Of a stretch of DNA of 64,000 nucleotides, positions 47,641 through 64,000 are shown piece after piece. A program made the position numbers and the translations under genes. The DNA comes from the human T2T-CHM13v2.0 reference genome, Homo sapiens. The notes beneath the pieces are model-generated. The model ran no database searches, was not told where the DNA came from, and saw only the letters and a program-made list of their open reading frames with translations. Every line of letters starts with the position of its first letter. Position 1 is the stretch's first letter. The stretch is taken from NCBI RefSeq assembly GCF_009914755.1, contig NC_060940.1; one strand, given 5' to 3'.

Positions 47641-47871
47641 TTTTTTTTGGGACGGAGTCTCGCTCTGTTGCCCAGGCTGGAGTGCAGTTAGTTCAAGCAA
47701 TGCTCCCGTCTCAGCTTCCAAAGTAGCTGGGACTACAGGTGCCCACCACCACAACTAACTAATTTTTGCATTTTTAGTAGAGACGGGCTTTCACCATATT
47801 GGTCAGGCTGGTCTTAAACTCCTGACTTCAGGTGATCCACCCACTTCGGCCTCCCAAAGTGCTGGGATTAT
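47641..47871 (-). mobile_element. Alu, 5'-truncated with internal deletion
   Basis: TSD cattcaccc. Confidence 0.9.
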
Positions 47872-48166
47872 CATTCACCCGTTAAGGTCATGCTGTGGGC
47901 AACAGCTCCTCCAGGAAGCCTTCCAGGAGTGTTCTAGGTTATACTGCCCACTCCTACATGATCACAGAACTGATAACACTCCGCAAGGGAGAAACATCAG
48001 AAATCTATCTTACAAAAATTCAACTATAAACAGTCAGGAGGGAAAAAAGAGAGAGATAGATGGTGACACAAATCATTTAAATAATGTGGAATCCTGTGCA
48101 CCACTTGACTCTGTGAGTATATACCCTGTGATGAACATCTTGCTATGATTTCTCTCTCCATCTAGC

Positions 48167-48700
48167 CCAGAGTCATTTTTCTGGAATCTGTGAGTTTGGG
48201 GATCTATGGAGAGAGAATTCTGGGGGTCTTCGAACTTGTACATACCCGCTGATGAACTTGTACATATTCATAATTATTTTCACTAACTCTAACTGAAATT
48301 TAGCATGACCTTCAATTATGAATATAGGCAACAGACTGCAGTAGTATTAGCAACACCCGAGACTTTGACACCAACAGAAATTGCAGATATTTTCATGTCA
48401 CATTGCTTTGGTGGCAGATGTCTCCAAATATTGTTTATACTTGTCATTACTTCAAAATTAGGGTAGTTATTAGACCTGATGCCAAATCTACTTTAATGTG
48501 TTAATAAAGAAGCAAATGTATTATTACTCCACAGTTTTCTGATTTTTATATATACTTTGACGGCTGTACTTCAATATAACCACTTTCCTTTTTAATCCTC
48601 TGCATTTTTTTGCATTTGAAAATATTCAGAGAAGGGGAGCATAATTTTGACCAGATTCCGAAGGGATTTACAACACAGAGAAGGTGACACTATCCTGCTG
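48167..48700. mobile_element. Charlie4a-type hAT element
   Basis: 'attttcactaactctaactgaaatttagcat...aattatgaatataggcaac...acttcaaaattagggtagttattagacc'. Confidence 0.8.
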
Positions 48701-48814
48701 TAGACAGTGAGCTCACTGGTGGCAGGGCACCAGGTCCTTCATCTTCCAATCCCCAGCACCTAAAGCAGTGGTTAGTATACAATAGGAATTTTTAAAAAAT
48801 GAACTGAGATATTT

Positions 48815-49195
48815 TATCTATCTATCCTTTTTTCCCTCCTTCCTTCTTCCTTCCTTCCCTCCTTCCGTCTTTTCTCCCTTCCATCTGTGTATCCATCATC
48901 ATCCATCCATCACCTATCCATCCATCCATTCATCCATCCTCCATCCATCATCTATCCCTCCATCATACATCCATCCATGATGCATCCATCACCCCTTGTC
49001 CACCCATCCCTCTATCCATCCACCCATCCCTCTATCCATCCACCCATTCGTCCACCCATCTATTATCCACTCATTTATCTACCCACTCACCTCTCTATCC
49101 ATCTGCCCACCCATCCACCCACCCATCCTGTATCCACTCATCCCTCTATCCATCCGCCCATCCCTCCATCCAACATATATCCATCCATCTGATTC
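48815..49195. repeat. (TTCC)n / degenerate (CCAT)n low-complexity tract
   Basis: Read directly. Confidence 0.9.
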
Positions 49196-49564
49196 AATCT
49201 ACAGTTCTAACAGTTGACACCTCTGCAGTTGGTTTCCCAGATCCAGTTCTGCAGCTCAACTGGAGACTCCCTAAGAAGGAAAAGTGACTCACTGTGGAAA
49301 GAGGTGATACTATTTCCTTGTATGGCCGTGGGCATGTCACAGAATGTGCCTGCAGCTCAGCTGTCTTTCACAGGCTGAACACAGAGCTCTGTCTCCAGCT
49401 GCCACCACATGGGCTGGGGCCCCAAGCTCAGGCAGAGCGCCATGCCTGTGTTCAGATCATTTCCTTACCCAGGAACATTTTGGTTTTCTGCTTTCGAGGT
49501 ATCACAGAATGGTTAAATCTTAAAGAACAATCGCCACCATTACCAATTACACAAACTGCACAGA

Positions 49565-49830
49565 ATGGTAGTTAAGAGTTCTGCGTAGGTCCAAAGACCA
49601 GCTCCCCACTCACTCTCTATATGACCTTGGGTGACTCAGTTAACCCTTTCCTCTCTGTGCCTCAGTTTTGCTATTTGAAAGAGGGCATAACAACCATACC
49701 TCACTTACACAGGTTTATGGGGAGATTAAAGAGAATCTTCCTTATGGGAAGACTGAGTTAATCCATGCACTGCACTTAGCACAGGGGCTGGCACATAGTA
49801 AATGCTCAACAATTTTTAGCCATCATTATC
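49565..49830 (+). mobile_element. MIR
   Basis: 'tgaccttggg...ctctgtgcctcagtttt'...'ctggcacatagtaaatgctcaa'. Confidence 0.8.
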
Positions 49831-49909
49831 CATCATTTCCTCCAAGGAGGCAGACAATCAGAACATTAGGACCCAGAATCCTGAAAAATGGAGCTATGGA
49901 ATTCACAAA

Positions 49910-50780
49910 TACCCCATGTAAAAAAATGCTTAGATCCACTCATATCTAAAATTCAAATCAAGGCAGCAAGATACTGTTTTTACTCATTGGTTTGTCGAAG
50001 ATTATAAAGATGGACAATCACCAGTGCCTTTGAAAGAGGAAACAGGAAACCACGTAAGGCTTTGACCGGAGATGTGAAGAAACCTCCTCATAGGACAATA
50101 TAAAATTTAAAATGCACACACCCTTTGAGCCAGTGATGTTAAATCTAGTCACTTACCCTACAGAGGTACATACCCAATCGAGCAAAGGTGTATTTACAAG
50201 AATGGCTAAAGGCAGCATAGTTTAAAATAGGGGGAAAAAAACCAATCTAAATGTCTACCAACAGGAAATCAGTGAAATAGATGATGAAATATTTAGTGCA
50301 TTTAATTAATCTTTATTGAACAGCTACTACATCCCAGAGACTGTGACAGGTGCTGAAAACAGAACTGGACAAAATAGAAAAGTTAAAAATAACGACGAAG
50401 AATGATATGTGCTGACAGGAGATGAGTGATAAGATAGAGAGGAAAAGCAAGTTACCATAAAATATGTTTCAGAAAATACATGTCATAAAATATGATGTTC
50501 CATTTCAAGGAAACAGGTTCCTGCCAATATGCACATGAATACACTCATGTACACATATTAAATTGGTGCACAAAGTAATTGCAGTTCTTGCCATTACTTT
50601 TAAATGGCAAAAACTTCAATAACTTGTGCACCGACATAATACAAGTTAAAATGCAAAGGAAAAATCTGGAAGTAGTAGCAAAAAAAAAATTAACAGCAGT
50701 TATCTCTGAAGAATAGGTATAGGAAGTGATGTGCTTTTGAATCATTTAATTGTTTTCATCATGTGCTTGTATTGCATTAA
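49910..50780 (+). mobile_element. Old L1ME-type fragments
   Basis: 'taaaatgcacacaccctttgagccag'...'aatctaaatgtctaccaacagga'...'ttaacagcagttatctctg'. Confidence 0.6.
50558..50639. mobile_element. MADE1 mariner MITE (miR-548-like hairpin)
   Basis: ttaaattggtgcacaaagtaattgcagttcttgccatt-acttt-taaatggcaaaaacttcaataacttgtgcaccgacataa, flanked by TA. Confidence 0.92.
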
Positions 50781-50849
50781 TCCTCTGTAGGTCCCGTATG
50801 CTCTATCTCCTTTCAGAACACATCCAGCATCAAACTATTTCATTTTTAA

Positions 50850-52118
<1,269 letters not shown>

Positions 52119-52422
52119 TCAGGCAGCTGCTCTGCACACAGGACCCTTTCACAGAGTCCAGGGAGTAAATGCCAGCAAGGGTTGAACATGTTACAACGTC
52201 AGCCCCTGAAGCCACAGACTATTTTCGGGTGTCAGGCAAACCCACAATCTCCTGTGACAGCCAAACTACTGCAGATCTGAAAACCGTCTCCCTGCGGTCT
52301 TTCAGGGGACAGGCCTCCGGGATTGTGCCACGAACTCCTCTTGCTTCACGGCACCCAGTGCCTGCTGCATCAACAGCGACTCAGGCATAGGTGGGCTTGG
52401 GGTCTCCATCCCCCAGATGTGA

Positions 52423-52778
<356 letters not shown>

Positions 52779-53043
52779 GTGCTTGGCTTTTTAAATGAGA
52801 AGAGGAATCAAGAGAGCGTTCTTCCGTACCTCATCACACCCACAGTGAAACACTTGGCACATGCTATCTTGTTTGTAACTCCAGGTCACATGAGGTCACT
52901 TGGAAGCAAAAAATTAAAGCCCAATGACATTTACAGGGAGGCGTTCAACCAGCAGACTTCACCTAAACGTCACCAGCTCCGTCTCATTACAGTCAACGGG
53001 TGTTGATTTTTACACATTCTCTGCTACCCATACTTGGTTAGGA

Positions 53044-53568
<525 letters not shown>

Positions 53569-53721
53569 GTTAGTCAGTCCACAGGGTAAACAAGGTTGCC
53601 CTGGGGAAGGGAGTCCCTTAAGCACTGTAGTGAGGCTGGAGGCAAAAGAATGGGGTTGATAAGATCTGGTACACCTTGGGGCTTTTGAGATGTGTCTTCG
53701 CAGCCAACTGTCTAAGGATTC

Positions 53722-54015
<294 letters not shown>

Positions 54016-54750
54016 TAACACAGGCAAGTCCACTACCTGGCCATGTCTGAACATACCCCAGGCCAGAAAAGGAGCTTCCTCAGCCTGTGGGTGGCAGAGG
54101 TGAGACCCAAGGGGCCAGCTGTTGGCCCGTTTTTATTTCCTTAGAAGATGTCTCAGCCTCTGCTACTCTGACCACTCGTCATCCAGGTAGTTCTGGGCTT
54201 CACTCATGTGGTGACGACACAGTTCATCTCTGAACTGCACGCAGGCAAAAAATGTCCCAGCTTGCTCTTGAGACAAGCACCTAGTTTGGCTGCCAAAAAC
54301 ATCCTGGTATTTCAACTCGTGCTGCTTCCCTCTCTGTAAAGAGGAAACCAGCTACCTAAACAGAGGAGGAGGAACATTCCAGAGAAGGCACAAAGCAAAT
54401 CCCTGCAGAGAATGCCAAAGTCTTTGCCCTCTCTGTGGCACAGGGATGCAGGAGGCAGTGCATGGAGGCACGGAGGCTGGAGAGCCTCTGCTCCCCAAGC
54501 CTGCTACTTCCACAAGAGAGAAAAGGCAGGGGGTGACGCAGCTTGCATTCACAAGTGACAAGAGGGTGTCTCCAGCTTATCCTCTTAGCAGTCCTCATGG
54601 CTGCTTTAACTAGTTGGGAAGCTGAAGCTCAGAAGCTAAAAGCCTTTCTCAAAGGTGATGCACTGAGCAAGTGAAAGAGTTGGGATTCAAACGTAGGACT
54701 ATGAAAGTAATACTAAGTGCTTAGGTGCCAGGCACTGTTCTGTTGCTTAA

Positions 54751-55137
<387 letters not shown>

Positions 55138-58100
55138 TAAAGAAACTGAGGCACAAAGGGATCGCTGGCGTGTGGAAGGTCTCACAGCAGCTAAGTGGTG
55201 AGCCAGGGGGTCTGCTGCATAGACCATGACCTGCCCCCACGAGGCCCGTTCTCACCTCCCCAAGGGGCTGCTTGGGGTTACCAGGTCCAGACTGCCCTTG
55301 TCCACTTTGCAGGTGAGACCCTAGGAGGATCCAGAGTCCTGAGTGTGCAGGGGACAGGACAAACAATACCCAGGGGACTGTCACTGAGGTGAATGAACGC
55401 AGCAGGCCAGGTGGGGACTTCTATGAACCAGTGACCCCATCCCGAGGCCCCATGCAAAGGGGCAGCTGGTGGTCACCAGTCATGGACATCCAGCAGCTCA
55501 GAGTGGTTTTACCTATCAGTTTTTCAAAAATCTTCCAACCCCACTCTTCCCCTCTCTAAAAATTTAAAAAATTTAAAAATCTTCCTGAGGCCAAAGGCAA
55601 CCCATGTGCAGGTCAGAGATGGCCACGAGGAGGCCCATGGCACAACTTTGAGTCCAGGGCCATGAAATGAGAAAGTCACCTCCTGCTCCCATAACTGGTG
55701 CCTGATTCTAACTGGGCCAGTGAACGTGGAGACTGGTCATCTGACCAAGAACTCTCTTTGAGCCCGTTTTATAGCTGGAAGTTCCTTCTTCTAGCATTGA
55801 GCTGGCTGGGTTTTTCCTTCTCAGGACAATAAAACTGCATTTCTGTCCTCGACCCCACCCATCTGGCACCTGCACCACAGCTAACTTCAGCTTTCCACCC
55901 AGTTCTCTTTTGTTCAGTGGAAAAAATGAGCTACAGTTCCCAGAAGAAAATGAGAACGGGGTTATTATTAATAAGATACTCTTTTTCAGAAAGGCAGTTG
56001 AAGGCAGCGGGGAAGATCACATTGAGGGGGGAGCCGGGGTAGCCCCACTGCTACTCCCTCCTGCAGGACCACCTGGTCTGGAGAAGCAGCTACGCGCTGG
56101 CCCTCCCTGTTGGCTCTCAGAGGTACAAACCAGAGGTGGCGGCATTTCTAAGAAATTAGATTCAAATACTAGGACAGTTAACATTTCCTGGAGGTGTGAC
56201 CGAGAACCAAGAAAAAGTGATTTTGTGAAGGCCTTGCTTGCAGGCAGAAATAACCTGTCTTCTCTGTCTGTCTGTCTGCTCTGGGGGCTACCGGAAGGAG
56301 CTGAAGGCCTGTCCCCCGCCTCTCCCCACCCCACCATGCCCTAGGCCTTAGTCCCTCCCCACTGAAGAATGCCTTTACCAACTTGGGACAGACAGAGGAG
56401 TATGAATGAATGAGAATACTCCAAGCTGACCCTGCCTGGGGCATCTCTTCTCACACATGTGGCTTCTCTGGTGCTTTATTTAGCATGAGACTGTTTAGAA
56501 TGTTTATTTTTGGCTCAGTTTTGGGGGACAGTTTTCACAAATAGAATGACAGCTATGATCTTCTCTCTAAAAAAAGAGCTCGTACAATCCACCGTTGGGC
56601 ATTCAGTTTCAAGAGCTTCACTGTCCCATGGTCTCCATTCTGGGACCTCTCCTCCACTGGAAGACCCTCTCCTTTAATCAAAACATGACACAAGATGACA
56701 GTGACTCCCCATGGCAAGTCCCATTGGCAGTGCTGAGCCAGCGAGGCGGGGGCCCGGTCAGGGTCCCTGAAGGAAAGAGATGTTACTCTCCAAACTGAAG
56801 AGACTGTACAAAGAGATTCTTTATAAGGAAAACTAACAAGGGAGGTGCTATGCACCAGGGCTGGCCACAGCCAGGAGCTGTCACCACCCTGGGGCCTGAA
56901 GGGGAGGGAGTGGTGTTCCTGGACCACGGAGACAGTAGCTGCAGCCACGGGAGAGGGCAGCCCCACAGCAGCTGTGGCCTTGCTAGGGGTACAGACACAG
57001 CCAACCCATGGAAACCCTCATCTCATCTCTTCCCACCTTCCTATCTCCTACCAGTTCCTCTACTTGGCCAAAGCAAAGAAAAGTCCTTGCTGATGAAACC
57101 CATCAAGGTTAGCCTCTGGAGGCCCAGAGAAGAAAGGAGAGGGGTGGAGAGTGGATCTGGGGCTGGGGCTTGCGGGGGAAGAAGACACCCAACATGTTTC
57201 ATCTTGCTAACACCCAACATGGAGACAGCAGGAGGAGGCACAAAGAGGGCGTGCGGGGCTGTGGATCTTCCACGCTGAGCCTCCACCTCCCACTATCCCT
57301 GAGCAGCAGAGGAATCCTGGTTTGCTACTGAGCTGCTGAACGACTGGGCAAATTGTTCAGCAGCTCTGGGTCCTGGTTTCCTTCCATGTCAAGTATAAAG
57401 ATGGAACCCAACAGGCCCTAAGGTATGGGAGTCACAGCCAGCACTGCAGAAGAGGGAGGCCTAAGTGTGGGCCCTCTCAATGCCACTCCCAAACTCTGTG
57501 GTCTTGGACCAGGGACTGAGCCTCTCCATGCCTCAGTGTCTTCACTTGCAAAGGAAGGGTGTGAGAGCACCTTCGCCAAGGGATGTTGTTATGAGGAAAC
57601 GAGGTCACGCATATAAAGTGTTGAGCAACATCCCAGGCACATAGAAAACATGCAATCACCCCTCCAGCTCTCACGTTCCCCAAGTTTGGGCCTTGTCTAC
57701 GGATTTTTACATCCCTCATACACCTGGACCTCCCTCGTGCTGCTATCTTTTGTGAAAGCAATTTTCTTCATTGAATGATTCCATTAACTAGAACCTGCAA
57801 ACCCAGCCTGAACATTCTAGCATCGAAACCTTCTCTTTTAAGCTCCGCAGTATGCACAGCCCTGCCCCAAAACCCCATGGAGAAGATCGCTTCAGCTTCA
57901 AAGATCTTGGTGCGTGTGCTATTTATGCCAAATGTTAGTGATGCCTCCTCGCTGAGCCTCCGGCTCGTAAGTCAATGCAAAACCAGCCACACTGCCTTGT
58001 TGCTCAGTGGCAGCACCACGGGCTTCTGCCTCAGTGCTTGAAGTCAATGGCGGTGGGGGTGCCCTGAGAGAAGATGCGTGTGCTGGAAGGGAAATGTGAG

Positions 58101-58499
58101 TATGGCCTCCTCAAGGTGCCACTGCTGTGCTCACCGTCTGCAGGGCAAACCGTGCCACAGCCTGGGGCTTCAGCTACTCATCCTAGAATCCACTCTGTAT
58201 GGACAGATGTTTCCAAGCCCATGTGCTCTGGATTGCCAAGTGAGTGATCTATAGCAAGCAAGATCTAATCTATATCCACATCTAATACATATCAAATCTC
58301 TGTATCAATAAATAGATATCAAATCTCTATGTCAATTCTTTGTGTCAAATCTGTCTAGATCTAATCTCTAATCTCCTTCTATATCTTATTGATATCTCTA
58401 TCTATCTTGTAACATAGCAGGGAAGGAGACAGATTTCATTTGTCACCTGGCTCTAGTTTAGATTCTATCACCTACTGACCGTACAACTTTTAAAAGGAA

Positions 58500-58800
58500 A
58501 CTTGGTCTCTCTGGCTTTAGCAGGCTCCTCTGTAAAATGGGGTTAAGGTTAGTAACTCCCAGGGTTATTTCCCAATATATGAAAGCTAAACTGCTAGGTT
58601 CAAATCTTGCTGCCTTTGCTACCTGTTGGGCAAGTAACTTAACCTCTTTGCGCCTCAGTTTCTCATCTGTAAAACGGGGATGACAGTAATACTTCCCATA
58701 AGAGATAGTTGTGAAATGCAAATGAGCAAATCCATGTAAAGAACTTAATTTAGAAGAGGGACTCGCATGCAGTATAAATGCTTAATTCATGTTACATAAA
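58500..58800 (+). mobile_element. MIR fragments
   Basis: 'gggcaagtaacttaacctctttgcgcctcagtttctcatctgtaaaacgggga'. Confidence 0.85.
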
Positions 58801-58891
58801 AGTGCTAAATTTATGAATGCATGTCCAATGTACAGTTCCCATCTCAATGAAACATCTATTCAGTGTATGTAATCATTATTGACAAGAGTGA

Positions 58892-59184
<293 letters not shown>

Positions 59185-60244
59185 AAGAGTGATCATTTTA
59201 AGTGTTCTGAGTTAAGGGCTTAAATTCAAACTTTCAATGTCTTCGGTGAAGTCCACTCCCAACAAGAAGGGGGGAATGGTGATCTCAACACGATCTATTT
59301 TTTGAAATGGTGCATGTGGCTGCACTTTGGGGAACTTGCTGGCTATTTGCGGAATGTTGTATCACATCATTCACCCTGAGTCATACAGACTAGAGAAGAT
59401 CCCATGGCCAGGAGATCGCAGATCCTCTCTGAGAATGACTCCATGCTCCAAGTCCAGACTCCCTGTCCATTGAGCCAAGTCTCTGCCCAGGCAGTGGTCT
59501 GGCTGGTCACCTCCCTGCCCCACCAGGGCTAACTAGAGAGGCAGCAAATCACAGCCAGAGGAAAAGATTATAGTAAAGCAATCTGGTCCCTCCCCAAACT
59601 AGCCTTCTCTGCCCCAGAGAGGTTCTTCTCCCATAAGGAGGCTGACGGGGGAAAAAAACATATGGGCTGAGAAGCAATTTAGTCTCACCATCCTCTCAAC
59701 AGATGCTGGGCACCATAAGAATTAATGGGCTGGAGACTCAGGTAAGAGCCATTCAGAAGCTTCCCGATTACTCCAAAAACTGCTCTCTGTGGAGGAAAAG
59801 GTTAATCGAAGCCCAGAGCCGGAAGAACGGAGAGGAGACAGCAATTGTGTTAATCCCAGGAGAGGGGAAGAGCTTCACAAGAAAGAAGTTTGCACAAACA
59901 AGCCTGTGGTCTATCCCTGAAAGAAGAACCAGGCCTAAATATCAAGATATTTGAAAGATCTTCTCCATCAGTCCAGAGACCTTGGCAAACCCCTCTCCAA
60001 ACCCCAGCCAAGTAGCTGGATTAAGAAAAAAAAATTTTTTTTTTAACTCTGCACATTCTTTGCACTAGTAAGCCATAAATCTCTTAGGAAACCATCTCCT
60101 GATGAGGTTTCTTCTCCCATAATGATCCAACAGAACTCAGTTTTTAAACACATGATGTACATGTTCCTGTGTATCATGGGTCATTGTGTACCCAGAGTCA
60201 GTCATGTCAATGCAGGTCTGGACACATTAGAAGATAAATGTGTC

Positions 60245-60583
<339 letters not shown>

Positions 60584-60713
60584 TTAAAGTCTGAACTTAA
60601 ACCAGAAAGGGTGATGTTTGAACATAAACAAGAGAACAAACAAGGAAGTTGCAATTGTATGGCTGGAAGTGTCTTTGTAAAATAAACTGTCCTCAGAACA
60701 AACGAAGTTACTC

Positions 60714-61215
60714 CAGGGTTTCCTAACCTTGCCACTACTGACATTTGAGGCTTTTTTTTTGGGGGGGGGTGCTTTCCTGTGCATTATGGGATGTTTAGTA
60801 GCATCCCTGATCTCTACCCACTAGATGCCAGTAGCATCCTTCACCCCGAAGTTATAATAATCACAAATGTTGGGCCAGGTACAGTGGCTCATGCCTGCAA
60901 TTCCAGCACTTTGCGAGGCTGAGGCGGGCGGACTGCTTGAGCCCAGAAGTTCAAGACCAGTCGGGGCAACATAGCAAAATCCCACCTCTACAAAAATTAC
61001 AAAAATTAGCATACACCTGTAGTCCCAACTACTTGGGAGGCTGAGGTGGGAGCCCAGGAGGTTGAAGCTGCAGTGAACCGAGATGGAGTCACTGCACTTC
61101 CAGCCTGGTTGACAGAGTGACAGAGCAAGACTCTCTCAAAAAGAAAAGGAAAAAGTCTCAGGTGATTGTCAGATGTCTCCTTGGCGGTCAAAATTGACCT
61201 AGTTGAGAACTACTG
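60714..61215. mobile_element. MER20 copy 5, split by an AluJ (60872-61154)
   Basis: 'ctaaccttgccactactgacattt...cccactagatgccagtagca[Alu]attgtcagatgtc...agttgagaactactg'. Confidence 0.9.
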
Positions 61216-62849
61216 GTTTATACTTAAGTTTAAGTTCAGCTGAACATCAGTCAGCTAATTAGCTATTAGCCAAATTTCAGACATCAGCCCCCAGCTCAGC
61301 ATAACATTGCTAAGATCTAAAGTTCCTCCAGCCTTCCAAATGCTCACATCAGACATTAGTTTCACTGGATGGCCCTGAATTTAAGCCTCTCTCCTTCTCT
61401 CCTACCTCCTTAGTCCTTTTCTTTCTCCCCTGCCTGATAAAGTAATTCTTTATTCATCTTGACATTATAATGACACAAAAGCACTGAAGGAGCAAATGCC
61501 TTAATTGAATCTAAGAATAACTGGCATTATTTTTATAGGAACCCAGACATACTACGCAAAAAATTCAGAACTCTGTCATTGGGTCTTTTTGCAAGGTTAA
61601 CTTTTAACTGTAAGCTCCTCAGCACATCTCACCTCCTGGGCTCAGAAGCTCAAACCTCATCTCTCCAGCTCAGATTCCCCCACTACCTGGGAGATTTTAC
61701 AACCACCTCCACTCTACCCAGTCACTCTCTTACAAACATGTTTGTCTTATTTCCATCCACTTATTACTATCTGAAGTTACGGATGCATTTATTAATATCT
61801 ATTTGTACCTTTTTCATCTGACTCTCCTAGAATGGATGCTTTCTAGGCAAGGAAACTTCTGTTTTTCTCTGCTGTATCTTTCACAGTTAGCACAAGGCCT
61901 TGTCTCCACATGGCCCAATAGTGATTTACGGAATAAGGAAATAGATGAATCCCTTTACATAGATACAATTTCTCAAGTATTAACTTCCATTCATATCACT
62001 ACTCATTTGCTACAGGAGCCCTGTTCACAATCATCATGGCCCCAGCATCATCTTTAAATCATGTGAATGTCATTCCCTTCCCTCTAACCCAAGTTAGCTG
62101 ATCAAAGAAATTCAAGTATCTGGTTGGTTTTGAAAACCCAGAAGTTGGGAGTTTTCCTCCTGATGCCTTTGATCTCCAGGTCCTGAGGGGGATCTCAGCA
62201 TAAACGAAGACCTGCTTCCCTCTAACTCTAGCTGAGTTCACAAATACCCAGATTGACAAATCTTGACTCGGCAAAAGAGCTCCTTTATTATATCTCCCAA
62301 CGTATCTCAGTGTTTGAGTGGAGGCCATTAGCTAATTGACAGAGAGCCTGTTGAGGGTGGGGGAAGTGAGGGCAGGAGGAGGCAGAGACACTAGAATTAA
62401 ATGGCAAGAGACCTTGCCAGTTGGAGTGGATTCAGAAATGATCAACTGTCTTGGGGATCGATGAGAAAGAAAGAATAAAGTAATAAGGATTCCAATGTAT
62501 CAAAACACTACTGATGCGCAGGGACATGTTTTGCTTTTGTTCTTTTAAAATAAATTTTCATTCGGGTCCATTGCTTAAACCATTTTACCCCCAAGCCCTC
62601 TGACAAACTGTCAAAGATAACTCACTGCGCAAAGCATTGAATCTTTCTATCCATCTACCCATCATGCATCTCTCTACCCATATATCTAAGTACATCTGTG
62701 GATAGTTGTGCTAGGCACTGTCTATCTGTCCGTCTGTCTATCTATGGACGTTGGATTGCATATACCAAGCCCATTTCTCCAGCTTTGCCTGAATGTTAGC
62801 AAATCTTTCTACTAGTCAAGGCAACTTTATTTTCTTGCAAAATAGGAAA

Positions 62850-63085
62850 GCAGTTGAGAAGATAAGATTCTGATGTCATGCAACCCTGAGTCTAATGTGC
62901 ATCAACACTATCTGCTTCCTGTGTGACCCTGGGCAAGTTACTTAGCCTCTCTGACCCTTAGGTACCTCATGTGGAAATCGGGTATCACACAAACACCTGT
63001 GTAACCATGGCATTTGAGGATAAAATGAGAGAAGTCAGTTCTTGGCAAATGGTAAATGTTAGTAAGAATGAGGATAAGAATAATG
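62850..63085 (+). mobile_element. MIR
   Basis: 'ctgtgtgaccctgggcaagttacttagcctctctga'. Confidence 0.8.
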
Positions 63086-64000
63086 CCACCTAGCCACTCA
63101 CTGAACTCCTTTTTTATTTTTTTTTCATTTCTAGGTCACCTGATTCGCTGGCAGTCACCATCTGGAGACCAGAGGAGCATTCATCACTGCAAGTCAGGGC
63201 TTCCTTGGTGCCTCCCCAGGGGCAGCCTGCCGAGCCGGGAAGCTGACACCAGGGATTTAAACCTTCCTCGGCTTCCTCATTCTATTAATCTGGCCGTTAA
63301 GCAGAGAGTCCTGCTGATGCCAACAGATGCAAAGCTCTGCTGTGCTAATGGTAAAGAGCATTAGAGGAGTCCTCAGCAGCCAATCAATCCATCTCCCCCA
63401 ACTCAGAACAGCTGCACAGGGACAGATTAACCAAGCGATGGCTGAGGACCGTTGCAATTCACACGAGGGAGAGAGGGATGCGTGAAGGAAAGGGCCCCTG
63501 CACAGCCGTGTTCTAATGCAGGCCAGGTCTTGGACAAGCAAAGCGGCTGATGCATTGTGCAAGGACACAGCTCTCAGTGAAATCTAACAGGCAGGCTAAC
63601 CTGTGACAGCTGGGCTCAAGATGGAGCAGGCGATGCTGTCCTTAGAAGCCAAGTGCACTGGGAGAAAAGCGGGAACTGACCCAGGGCTCAGGGTACATCT
63701 GTCACCTAACCTCTGCAGAGTTAATTCTTCCAAGCTTGGCCACATCTGCCATCTTGTTCATGGCATATGGGTAACATTTGAGGCACTACTTCCTGCCAGA
63801 AAGGGACCTGACCCCCTTGTCTGACCTGCCTGCAGGCAGCTGAACAGGATCCCATCATTCACCTCACAATGGGCTGAGGCCAGCACAAAGTCAGATCTGG
63901 CCACGGGCTTGTGCCAACAGTCACAAAGAAACATTTGCACTTTGGTTGGGTTCCAACATCTCTTTAACATGGGAAATCAGAACTCGGGGAGCGAGAACAA

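Larger units (their letters stand above)
47085..47940 (+). mobile_element. L2 fragment interrupted by duplication B copy 2 and an Alu
   Basis: 'gcagccagagtgatc'...'cagtggctccccatt'...'ctcctccaggaagccttcc'. Confidence 0.75.

Noticed and set aside
48887-49217. His/Pro/Ser/Ile-rich ORFs
   Set aside because: Translation of the (CCAT)n tract
54022-54058. Possible p53 response element
   Set aside because: One good half site; adjacent halves have mismatches including a core base
56120-56145. CTCF-like AGGTGGCGG (similar at ~3275, ~5611, ~39890)
   Set aside because: Only half of the motif matches; expected by chance

Overview
Primate (most likely human; AluY present) euchromatic DNA, either deep intronic or intergenic. 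I found no convincing protein-coding exon, CpG-island promoter, structural RNA gene or CRISPR-like array, and I cannot name a host gene from the sequence. The ORF track is explained by Alu/L2/MIR read-through and chance ORFs. The window holds about 41 Alu elements (many with clear target-site duplications, TSDs), many old MIR/L2/L1M fragments, two MaLR solo LTRs (THE1-type, MST-type), hAT-Charlie DNA transposons (five MER20, two MER58A, MER5s, MER33, Charlie4-type), one MADE1 mariner MITE hairpin and several microsatellites. The most unusual signals are two short (~90 and ~135 bp) same-orientation copies of local non-Alu sequence displaced by 2.0-2.4 kb, with no TSD or poly-A. One splits an L2 element and is bracketed by an imperfect inverted repeat, which suggests locally templated repair insertion. 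Other points of interest are a MER20 cluster, homeobox/FOX-motif-rich repeat-free blocks that look like enhancers, closely spaced inverted Alu pairs and a few splice-signal-bounded candidate exons. Repeat subfamily names come from recalled consensus sequences, not a database search; boundaries are approximate (about 10-30 bp; wider for old MIR/L2/L1).
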